Assembly (NCBI GenBank): GCA_036172245.1
Contig: JAYWIR010000001.1
Location: forward strand, 11,284,001-11,348,000
DNA length: 64,000 bases
Source: Raillietiella orientalis
Taxonomy: Eukaryota
Direction of reading: 5' to 3'
Shown here in pieces: positions 51,597-62,429 of this stretch. Position 1 is the stretch's first letter. Every line of letters begins with the position of its first letter. Under the pieces are notes generated by a model. It saw only the letters and a program-made list of their open reading frames with translations. It was not told the DNA's origin and did no database searches. A program made the translations under genes and the position numbers.

Positions 51597-52740
51597 TATC
51601 CTGCGGGATTCCGATGGGCACCCTGGTAGGCATGATCTGGCTCACCGTGTGGGTGTGGGAATCAAGGAAGGCGTCCCGGCGTGCGACTGGAAGGTTGTGA
51701 CCGTGAGGGTCGACTCTGAACGGATCCAAGTCCAAACGGTGGTTACTCGGTGTCCAGGCGGTCCCAGCAGCAAGTGCAAGAACGGAGAGAGGCCATGGCG
51801 AGTCCAGCAGCAAAGGCGGACGTTACGAGGTCCTGCCTTTCCTTACCCCCCCTCGCCGACGGTGGACGCCGGCACGGGGACCCGCAGATCACCTGACGAC
51901 GACGAACGGCAGATGGTTCGCAAATCGCAGTTCTTCAATCACCAGCCCGAGATGGATCTCGATCCGCCCCGCGAACGGTAGTGACTGACTCCAGGAAACC
52001 GTTCGCTTGCGGCGAGGATCAACGAGCAGCGCGCGGAACAGGTGCGAGGATTCCTGTTCGCGCAGCACAACAACTGCACGCTCAGAGAGATCCTGAAGGA
52101 CACCCGAAAAAGCGCGTGGGCAGGAAGAACCTCCCTTGCAGCGGCGCTGCCTTCCCTCAGGGAACATCTGGGCAGCGACATCGTGGCAAAATGGGAGGTT
52201 TTAGTGAAAATCTCCGCGACGGAGAAGATCGGGGTTTGGAGAACGGGTCAGCTGACCAACGCTGCGGCCCCGAGTACCACCCCACATGGACTCTTGCGCT
52301 GGGACGAGCTGCTGAATGTTCCGGTGGAATATCTGAAGTAGCTTTCGGTGCTCATGGACTCACTCACCCTCCCCATGAAGTGGCAGCAGTCGGCGCTTTT
52401 GGTGCTGCATTGGGGTGTCCCATGCAACGCCCGCAGCCACTACTGGACGCGGGGGGTGTCGACCCCAATTGTGTTAGGTGCGGGGAGAGGGAATCCCTCC
52501 CCCACCTGTTAGTGGATCGTGCTGCCCTCCGATCCCTATGGGGACGCTTTGCCACAGCCCTGGGGACCCCGGAGGCAACCCCAGAGACGCTATTCGACCC
52601 CTCTTCGTTCGAGACGCTCTGCCACCAGAGGCTTCGCTAGCAGCCCTGTGCTGCCTATGCGGAATCGTCGCTGCATGTAGCAACGCGACGGAGGACCCAG
52701 CGACAGGGATGCCAGCGAATACGCCGTCCGCTTCTTGAGG
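51597..52740 (+). mobile_element. Decayed 5'-truncated non-LTR retrotransposon (L1/Tx1-like) ORF2 C-terminal fragment
   Basis: Frameshifted pieces: WVW...VPACDWKVVT (post-RT region), then SALLVLHWGVPCNARSH...DPNCVRCGERESLPHLLVD...RSLW, the zf-RVT pattern (LH..LP..R....C..CG..E...HLL..C....W). Internal stops and frameshifts. Confidence 0.65.
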
Positions 52741-55700
52741 ATGGCCACTTGATGGCCCTATCTGGAATCCAATATTCAGAAACAGCCTGCCGGCATTCTC
52801 CAAAGGATGTGAAGGACCCCAACCAGCAGACTATGATCCCTTCCCACGCCCTCCCCAGTTTTGTTTTTCTTTTTGTTTTTCTGTCCCTTACCCTCTGCTG
52901 CCGAGGTGGACCTCACCGTTCTGCGCACCCGGCAGGCTTTCAGAATCTTTTCAACATCATCTATCTATATCTTTCAACATATCTTTCATCATCTTCACAG
53001 ATTCTATACATGTTTTATTCCAAAGAATAGACGCCCCGGCACCCGGGTGGAAAGCGAATCGCAGTTCTTGAAGAGCAGGCGGCCGCTGGATTTCCTCGCT
53101 GCCTCTCATGCGCTGCTGAGGACACACGAAAAGTCTCGTGCACAGCGCCGCGGGCGGATCCATGAGGGAGGTGCGGAATCGCTTAGGAGCGCCCGTTTGG
53201 CGTCTGTCCGGGAAACGAGCTGCTTCCACCCTCTCTCCACCGACCTCCTGCGCGAGCGATCTCCTCTCACCCAGCGTCGGTTGGGAACGGAGACGCCAGA
53301 GGGCGGCGGTATTTCGGAGTACTGCTGCGCAACCGTTCCGGCTGTTGAGGTGGATTGTCCCTTGAGGTTTGCCCCGGGGACGCGCGCTCGCGATTCTGAC
53401 GGGGAATGAGGTGCGACCGGCAAGGGAAGCACCCTCCAAGGTCCACGGTTCGAGCCAGCAGGGAGCAGCACGTGGTGGAAGAAAGCGTTTCGTCTTCGGA
53501 GGGTTGGGCCTCGAAGGAAAGCTGCAAGAGGTCCCCCTGAGAGGAGGGTTCGGTTACTCTCGGGTAAGAGTCGCTCTTCCTTCCGGGAAGGCAGCCCGCG
53601 AGTGAGCGCGCTGGCGTTGCCCCGGGAAAAAGCGTTCGGAACGGAAGGGAGCGTAAGGAAACATGATCCCGCGGACGCACGGGGGAGGGAAGCATCCGAG
53701 GCACCGTCCTGCCTCCTGCCGTGGACCTCGCTTCTTTGTATACCCAGAGAACCGAGGAAAGTCGACCTGCGAGTGCAGAAGGAGAGACCATCGGGCTCGC
53801 GCGCGCGCAGCGTCCGTGAAGGGAGAGGAGGTAGCGATGGTCTTCCTCTTGGAAGTCGGAGAGGAAGGCTTGATGACCATCCGGTTCATGGTTCAACGCC
53901 TGGGGGGGACGGGGCCTCTGGACGAACGTCGGTAGCACAAGCTGAAATCGAATGGCCGAGTGAAGGCTGCTGAAGGTTTCTTCGCCGTTCTATGACCTCT
54001 TGGATGGAAATGAAGGGGTCGAAGTAAAAATGAGAGCACCCGCAAATGCCTCCTTCATCCTTGCTCAAGACAGGTTTTTCCCCACCCGGTCTACTAAGCC
54101 GGGAGCGAGACCCTACGCGGAGAGTCTCCCGTTTCGAAATTTGGTCGGTTTCGCTCTTCGGAGCTGCTCGGCGGAGCACCGCAAAACGAGAGACGAGTCT
54201 CGCTGCTAGCGCACTGACAGGCACCCCGGGCTCGAGGTCTTACCGGAAGCTGCCTTGGTGCTCGCGCACCCATGGCAACGTCGGCTCGTCCCGGGGCGGA
54301 AGTGCTCTTTTCGGGGTGCCGCGAACGGTGGAGGGAACACTGCGGAAGACGCAGCAAAGGTGCGCCCGCCGCCTTCGGACTGGTTGGTGGTCTCGCCGCG
54401 CGCGGAAGCGGCGCGTGCCGGCCTGCCCCTCTTGGCAGCCAAGGGACAGCGGAACGCTGTTTCCATTCGTTACGTGAGCCCCCCCCCATCTCCCACTGGC
54501 CTTGCCGACGGAACCTTCTCCTTGACCGGAAATAGGAAGGAAAGCCGAAATCTTCCACTTCCTTTTTTTTTTTTTTCTTCCGAGCCTCCCGATCGTTCAC
54601 AAGGCCCTGAAGCATGTGAGGGGGCGGAGTAGGGGAGAGGGGAGTAGTAGGATGGATGAGGTTGGAGCAACAGGTGCGTCTCCGGCGAGGCCCCGCCTCC
54701 GCATTCCCTGCTGCAACCGAGCAGCAGCGCCGCCGCGGTTTCGATGCGGTTTCGCTCTTGTGCCTGCGGTCCTCCACTGGCGCCCGCCTTCTGGCGACCG
54801 CACGGGCCTCTACGCAGCAGCGCCGCCGCGTGTCCCCTCCCAACGAACTTCATCCGCCAAAGTCCTCCCTCCCCACCTCCATCTGGACCGGAGCACCGTG
54901 CTTCCCGGCACCACCTCCTAGAAGCGCTCGACTCAGAGCATTGGTTGCCATGGCGCCCGCCAGGCGGCATGAGGTACTCGTCGAAAACCACGAGGAGCCG
55001 CCTGGAAGTCCAGAGACCCCCGGCCTCGGCAGGGCGAGATAGACCACCTAAAAGCGAAGCGACCAAGAGTCTCCTCCCCTGTCCCCTCCACGTGCTGAGA
55101 GCCCTCGAGGGCTTCGCCATACCAATCCACGCTCTCGTTCGGACCGACCTGGGCACCCGTCATGACCCCAAAACACCGACGGGCGAGCTGCAGCGGCGGA
55201 GCGCGAAGCGAAGCGAACGGACGGACTGCCACGGGACACGATGCAGGGAACCGTCAGGAAGACGGGAGCCTCCCTCATGCATCCGACACCGCGAGCCCGC
55301 TGACCACCGCCGCAGCCTCGGACCCACGTTCTCTGCAGCAGGGGTGCACGCGGGCCACTCTCCTCGCGGGGAGAATTTCGGCTAGGCTAGGCCCGGACCC
55401 CTGGCGGAGGAACCCAGAAGCTGCTTTCCGTACTTCCAGATTTTCGTCTTTTTAATCCCCCCTCCCCCTCCCACACACACAGAGGGAGTGCTTAGGAGAG
55501 GACGGGAAGTCGGAAGACCCTCAGGTTCCCGGGAGTTCTCTGTCGGACACCTCACCATTCAACGCCCCCTGGCGGTGGGATCTTCCGAAGGGCCTGCCTG
55601 CCACTCTTCCCGGGCGACGGAGCCCCCGCCAGTGGTGAGGCTTTCCCTTTCCGCTCTCCCCCCCGCCGGGAGACCAAGGGGGAGGACGTCCCCACCGCTA

Positions 55701-56069
55701 TCGCCCGATTCCGGAGCTCCGACGAAGGGGACAGTTACCGCCCTGCCGACGCGCGCACCACGCCCAAAAGCTACTGCATAGCTTCGAGAAACCGCCGCAG
55801 CGGTCTCCACGGCGACGGGAGCTTCACAGGCACTGCCGCCGCCTCGGACGCACGAGCGGGAGAGGGAAGCGCCTCCGAGGGACATTCGCACTGCACGTAC
55901 CCTCCCCTTCCTCTCGCGGAACTCGACCCCAGCCTTCTCCTCCTCCCAGCCCGCCTGTCTATCCCAGGCTTATCCTTCCAACGTAGTCGCTGGGCAATGA
56001 GGAGACCCGAGAGGAGTTCCACCTCGTGCAGGAGTGTCCGCGGCGGACGGGTCCGGTCCACAATCCGGA

Positions 56070-56475
56070 ATGATCATGAAAAATAAACACCTATGCTTAG
56101 TATACACATCGATGTTTACAGATAATATATATGTACATCAATACAAATATGCATTTAATATATATATATGAATATATGTAATGAGCACATGTATTCATTT
56201 TTTATAATCTTTCACATATATAAACAATACAATCAACCGCTTATTCATTTTATTAATAATATTTATGTCACTTAATCATAATAAATAGGTCTGTTCCAAT
56301 AATATTACTCTCCACAATATGTCAATAAATATGAATAACTGTGTGTACTAAAATAAATTTATATAGTAATCTATGTAGAATAAGAGGATGTGAATATTTT
56401 TAATGATCTTCATGATATATAGTACACATTTCGCACATTAATCTTTATATAAATATACAAATGAATATGCATGAT
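56070..56475. repeat. AT-rich block related to the 50.5-51.6 kb repeats
   Basis: Same composition and shared TTTTTATAATCTT motif (about 56198-56212). Confidence 0.5.
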
Positions 56476-58907
56476 AAGCCTACGCATTCAGTTTGAAACG
56501 ATCCGTCGGGATTTAGATGGCACGGGGATTTCGAACCAGAGACGCGCAGCACCATCTGCACGGCGGCAGCAAAACTTGCAGAGTTCGTCCGTCGGCGGCG
56601 CTCCTGCTCCGCGGAGGGTTTCCCCGACATTTCGGAGGAAGACGGAAGCACGCGAGAAGTGAGGGAGGAGCTCCTCCCCCTCTGCCTTCCACCCCTTTGA
56701 TGTCGACGTAACCCCCTCCCGCCACCGCTTTAGCAGAGGTGGGCCACTCGCCCCGCCGGTCGGTTTCCGTGGAGACGTCCGCGGGGCCGGCCCGCAATGC
56801 ACGGGCAGCGGCAGAACCTCCCGGCGCCGAACGTGTGCTCTCCAGACCGGAGAAGGGAGCTTGACAGGATCGGGGGGCGCCCTTCCTCCACGCCCCTTCC
56901 TCGGGTCGGCTCCATACGCGGAGACGGGGGAGGAAGCCCAGTGCCTTACCAGGCCGTCCAGATAGTAAGGGGAGGTCGGCCGCGTGGCCCTTCGCGCAGA
57001 TCGCACCAACCTCGGCATGCCAGAGGGACGGGCGCGGGATCCAGGGTAACCACGGCCGAGCGGCACGGGGTTCCCGGGTGCGCGCGCTCCTCTCGGCGGA
57101 AGGGCGGGGTGGTGGAGGAGCAGGCGATCCTAGACCGTGGGAGTCTTCCTGCCCGCACCTCGCCTAACCTGTCCACCCCCAGCGTACCCCATCCATCTAG
57201 ACGATGGTGGTCGTCGTCGTCGCGATCTCCATATCGATGATGGTGGATGACCACTGCGGGTGGTGATGATAGTGGCGGACGATGATGGTCGTGGCCAATA
57301 GGGAACGTTGATTACGGGTGATGACGCCGAGGATGCCGATGTCCCCGCTGTGCTACCAGAGGGGGCTCATCGGAACGCGAGCGACACGCCGCGGCGGCGG
57401 AGCGGCAAAGGCGGGAATCTTCCGAAGGCCAGAAACTGAGTGGAGGGAGCAGCGGCGGCTCCCTCTGGCGTTTGGCCGAAGGGTTTTTGAACGGACTGCG
57501 CCAGGGACAGTGGGAAACCTTCACCCCCTTCCCCTCCCCGTGAGCTGTCTCCTTCAGGCGCTCTGCGGCGCCCGCATCTCTAGCGAAGGCACGAACAGAC
57601 CTCCCGTCGCGCGTGGGCGAGGAGGCGGGGAGGGGGAGGAGCCGGGAGAGGCAGGCGAGGAGGGAGCAGCCCGAGCCCCCTGAACCTCAGGCCTGCTCCC
57701 CCCCCCCGTCGCCCAGCCGGCTTCCACGTGGCCACCCGAGCGGCTCTCGGAAGGCGAGGTGGCTCCATCTGCTGCTGCTCTTAAGAAGCAGAGGCAGCGA
57801 GAAGCGCACTGCAGCTGGGCAAGACTGCGCACCCCTCTCTCGAAACGAGGAGGGGGGGGATGTAGCCTCTTCCCTGCGTGGAACGGACGGGAGAGCGCCG
57901 CCGCCTCTGCTGCGAGTGGGGAGGGAAGCGCAGGGGTGGGGAGACTCGTTCAAGACCGCCGCCGCGCTTGAAAGGGCGCTTGAGTGGCGCGGCCCTTCGG
58001 TCGCCATTCCATCTCTTTGTTCCGGTCCTCCTTCCCTTTTTCTCTCCGTAAGAGGGGGGTTCCAGGGAGGTCCCCAGGCGCATAGCAGGTCCAGCACCAG
58101 CCTCCACCTCCCTCGTCTCCGTCTCCTTGGCAACGCAGGCCGGGAGGCGGGTGCCCGGAGGCACCCTAGGGGAGGGAGCCACCCGCGGAACTGCAGCTCA
58201 TGTGCGGTCGGCTGTGCAGGGAGCCGTCCCGAGGACAACCCCCCTGCATGGTGAACTATTCTTCAGGGCGCGCGTTCGCGAGCGCGCGCACCGTGCTTTG
58301 CAGGGGGTCGGTCGTTTGACGGCGCCGCAGGGGCGCGCGGTCTGCAGGGAGGGTGAACGAACTTCCCCACTGCGCGCCCCTCTTTGGAGTGAGGCTGCGG
58401 TCCTCGAGGGCGCATAGCACCCCGCCTCCTCCTCCACCCCTCTCCCGCCGCTTCCAGGGCTCCAGGGAGGGTGGCAGAGCCATCCGTTTGCCCGAGGGCC
58501 GCGGCTTGGATGACGCATGGATGACCAGTTTTGCGCGTTCGGATCGCACTGACGTCTAAGCTCCCTGTCACCGCACCATCTTTAGAAGGGCAGTTCTCCT
58601 CCCTTCCTCCTGTTCTTCTTTTCTTCTTCCCTCCCTACCTTCCTCTTCCTCCTCTTCCCTTCCCCTTGCTCCCCTCTCACTTTTTCTGAGTCATGTCGTG
58701 GTCAACAGGAATTTCCCAATCAGGGATTTGCACAACTTACAAATAACTTGTAGCAGTCCAGAAATGGAACTCTCAAAAAGGCAAATTTTTCTTTTCCTGT
58801 GCGACCTTTTAAGGCACGCCGCATGGTCTTAATGTATTCATAACGTGGCCTGCACTTCATGAGCTCTGCTGTGCTCTCGCTGCACTTTCGAGCTCAGCTT
58901 TTTATAG

Positions 58908-60725
58908 ATTTGCCAGTGGTCGACGATGTGTTCGCGCAGCTCGCTCATCCCTTCCTGTGGCAGCGCTTAGTAATCTTCAGGAACCCTTTCCCTGCCCCTC
59001 GGAGGCATCAGTCCACCTCCCTCACGCCTCCCTGCAAACAACTGCGGGCCGCCCCATGTGCTGCCGAGCCATGTTCCGCATCGCCGGAAGGCCTTCTGAC
59101 CGGAAGGACAGCTTCCGAACCTCGAGAGACTCCCGGACCTTCCGGACAGCGCCCAGTCGGAGAGCCTCCTGCTCCGGATCGACCCCACTCTGGATCCCAG
59201 CGTGAGGGACAACCCGTGTGGTATGCGCGTGCCGCGCCACAGTGCGCGTGGGCGCGATGCTCCACCGCACATTTGGGACGGGGTGTTGTGTGCACGCCCA
59301 TGCTCAGTCGGAACTCCCCGGGCTCCCCCAGCTGTGAGCCCCTTCACCCTCGAGGACGCGCCCTTCCCGTCTGTCGCCCCCCCCTCCCGTGCTTCCGCCC
59401 TGTCCGCAGGGCGCCTGCACGGCGAGGTAGGTCCCAATTCCGCTCCTCGGGCGAGCCCCCCGAGCCTGGTGCGCACGCCACGCCTCCTCCTCCCACGCTC
59501 GACGGACCGTCCTTTCCCTCCGGTGCGCTCCGCTTCCGGTGGAAGCGACGCGCAGCTGTCCGAAAGCTCGCGCGACAGGGCACTCCCCCTCTCCCCGTCC
59601 AGCCTTCTTCTTCCGCTTCTCGGGAAGAGGCGTCGCGCAGCGCCGAGTGGGATAAACAGGAGACAGCGCTTCGGTTCCATCCGATATGGGGGCGATCCCT
59701 GGAGGAGCGTGCGGCCGAGGGGTCTCACGGTGCCCAATGGCCTCGCGAAACCCCTGGAGCTCCGCGCCTCCTGGTTCCACCGCCTCTCCAGTCCAGGAAG
59801 GTGTCCCGAGACAGGAGGGACGTTGGCCTTTTCCAGGGGAGTGGCGGCGACGATGGGGAAGCGAGCGGGTCGGGAGGCGTGTCAAAGGTACGGTAACTGG
59901 GCAGGTCGGGGGGGATGGAGCCGGGGCACGCAGAATGGGAATGCTGCCATCCCAGAAGCAGGGCGAAACGGAACCCCCTCCAGGGTCGAATTCCCCTGGT
60001 TCGCCCCTCCCCCTCCCCTGACCGTGATGGAAGTGCTGAAAGACGCCGCAAGAGGTCCGCGGGGGTTTTCAGCGGGGGTTCCTTTTCTGGGTGGGGAGAA
60101 AAAGGAAGGGGGGAGCAAATCCGTATGGACAGAGGAGGGATCTTCTCGAGAGATGCCGCAGGGTCCAGAAGGATTGCAAGCTGAGGAACTTCGAGAAGGG
60201 CGGAGAGGGTGAGGAGCAGAAGAGGCAGCCAGAAAGAAGAAAGGAGGAGGAGGCGAAGAGCAACAGGAGGGGAGGAGGAAGACGATTCTGGTCCGTGGTC
60301 TAACCCCCAGAAAAGCCTTCCTGCCCACCGTGGGGCTGCTTCCACTTCCTCTCGGCCTACCGAAGGGCTCTCCAGAGACCTGGCATGGCCGCGCTGCTCT
60401 TCACTTTGGAACGTTTTTCACCCTCCCCCTCCCTTCCGCTCCACCCTCTCCGGGCACTCGCAGCACGGAGAGGGAAGGGAAGCGCCGCTCCGACTTGCAG
60501 GCTGAGTCCACAGCAGGCGAAGGAGAACTTCCCGTGGAGTGCCCTCATGCAGCGAGCGGGACGAGCGTCGGAGGTCGGTGCGCTCATTTCGGGCACGGGC
60601 AGGTTTCCCCGCGGGAGGAAGGGGCCCACGGTCTGGCGTTCCGGATCGGCCGACCAGCTGAGGAGGAGTTCGAAAACCGTCGCCGCGCTTCCCAGCACGC
60701 GCGCGCCCTCTTCCGAGGGCTCCAG
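58908..60725 (+). CDS. Candidate multi-exon orphan gene, partial
   Basis: Exon-like segments with GT-AG edges and 36-46 nt introns: LPVVDDVFAQLAHPFLWQRL; SAEWDKQETALRFHPIWGRSLEE; GSGGDDGEASGSGGVSK; EFPWFAPPPPLTVMEVLKDAAR; RPAEEEFENRRRASQHARALFRGLQ|GTAAG. Full phase chain not verified. Confidence 0.35.
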
Positions 60726-61055
60726 GTAAGCCGACCACCCGAGAGCTTCTTGCCCGCGTCGGAGGTCTTGTCGCCGGTCTCGTTCATGGGTTACGCAAGA
60801 GAGCATGGGGGCCGAGTCAACGAGTGATCAAGGAAACGGGAGGAAACCCTGGGGTCCGAGTGAAAGACCTTCCTCTCCTTGCAAGGAGACGGAGAAGTGA
60901 AGACTCAGAGAACGGTTAGCTCGTTCAGTGGAACAGAATTCCAGCGAGCCTGCCGACGCCATGGGAGCGTAGCCCCGTTCCTGTGTTCACCGCTCGCTTT
61001 CATCTACGCGTGTACCGCCGGTGGAACGCTCGCAATCTTCTAGGGCAGCCCGGGG

Positions 61056-61130
61056 TCGCGGCTATTAATAGACGCCAACAATGGTGCGCTCGCGGCTATT
61101 AATAGACGCCAACAATGGTGCGCTCGCGGC
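61056..61130. repeat. Exact 34-bp tandem duplication (2.2 copies)
   Basis: TCGCGGCTATTAATAGACGCCAACAATGGTGCGC at 61056 and 61090, plus partial TCGCGGC. Confidence 0.95.
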
Positions 61131-61959
61131 CGAGAGATCGATTGATTCTGTGGGAAGACCTCTCTCCTTGCACGTATAAAGAAGAGCGGAGAGGCAAGTG
61201 GTCCTCAGGGCTGCTGCATTTCTTGGCACTGCTTATTTGCGGATTGCAGCCTCCTCCAGCGCATGCCCTCTTGTCTGCTTCCTCTCAATACTGGAAGTGC
61301 TTGCGCAGTGAGCTAAGAGTTGACCCGCGGAACCCCTACGGGTCTCTTCGGGCAGCTCGACGCCGACGAGGACTCGCCCGCTCTCGTTCGGCGGCGGCCG
61401 GCAGCGGCGCAAAGTGCCGAGCGTTATGCAATCGGCAGCGTCCACGCCACAGATCCATGGTCACGCCGACGGTGCTAATCTTTCCCCGTTCTCTACTCAG
61501 CACGCAAAACACCACGGCCGACTGCCTTGCATGAGAGCTTGCGTTTTCTGAGTCGCGGCTGTTGCAATCTTTGGTTCCGAGCTCTTTGGCTCAAAGGCGG
61601 ACAAGTTCCAAGCTGGGTACCAGATCTTTCGAATCAGAAAAAATTTCTGCTGGAGCGATAGAAGACGAGTGATATGAAAAGACTCAATGCTTCGTTCGGG
61701 CAGCCCAAATCCCTGCTCCCCCCCCTTTTCCCTCTACCGCACCTGATGATGGTGCTTGCGCTGGGACTTCCAGTCGAGTCTTTGGGTGACCTTCATGGCA
61801 CGGACGGGGTGAACGCTCCGGGAGGAGATCCTGTAGCCGTTCCCGAGGATTCACGGGACACGGGTGGAGTGGGGAGGAAAACGAGAGAACTGGAGGAGGG
61901 GCTCGTACCGGGGTCGGTTCTCAGTGAAAGCGGTGGCCGGGTGCCCGTCGTCCCGGCAA

Positions 61960-62429
61960 TCATCTTTTATTCTTTCCCAGGAGCAGCTTCCAGAAACCGT
62001 TCTTCTTCCCATCCCTGCTCTTTTCCCTCTTCCCGTTCGTCCTGTCACTGGGTGGGGTTTCGCCTCGCACAGTGCCATCCCCTTCCACCGTGTCCACACC
62101 TTCTTTCCGTAGCACGTCCAGAAACGAGGGTTCCGATCTGGAGGAGGGGGAGAAGGACAAGCAGTTTTCCAGATCGACACGGTTCGTCTCCCGGTAAGCA
62201 GGGCTGCACAGCTCTTCCGGGCGCTCGACGAATGCCTGCTTCAGGTCGCGCATCATCTTCTTGCGGATCGTCTTCTTCATGGACAGATGCCTCTCAAGAT
62301 GGCGGAATTCCTTGCTGGCGTCGCGAAGAGGGGAGGGAAAGGTGGTGGTCTCCGCCGCTACCCATTCGTCCGGAGCGCCGAAGATGTCCCTCACGTGCGG
62401 GATCGACTTCTGCATACCCTGGTCAGGAC
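61960..62429 (-). CDS. Terminal coding exon of an uncharacterised protein
   Basis: Good acceptor TTCTCTTTCAG, GC3-biased codons, helical motif KEFRHLERHLSMKKTIRKKMMRDLKQAFVE, then EPSFLDVLR and basic-amphipathic end KKNGFWKLLLGKNKR*. Start either at ATG 62415 or in upstream exons. Confidence 0.6.

Noticed and set aside
57190..57345. His/Asp-rich peptide on the minus strand
   Set aside because: Looks like a decayed (GAT/GGT)n trinucleotide tract with stops in the relevant frames.
61056..61130. CRISPR-like repeat
   Set aside because: Units are directly adjacent with no spacer, only two copies, and the context is eukaryotic.
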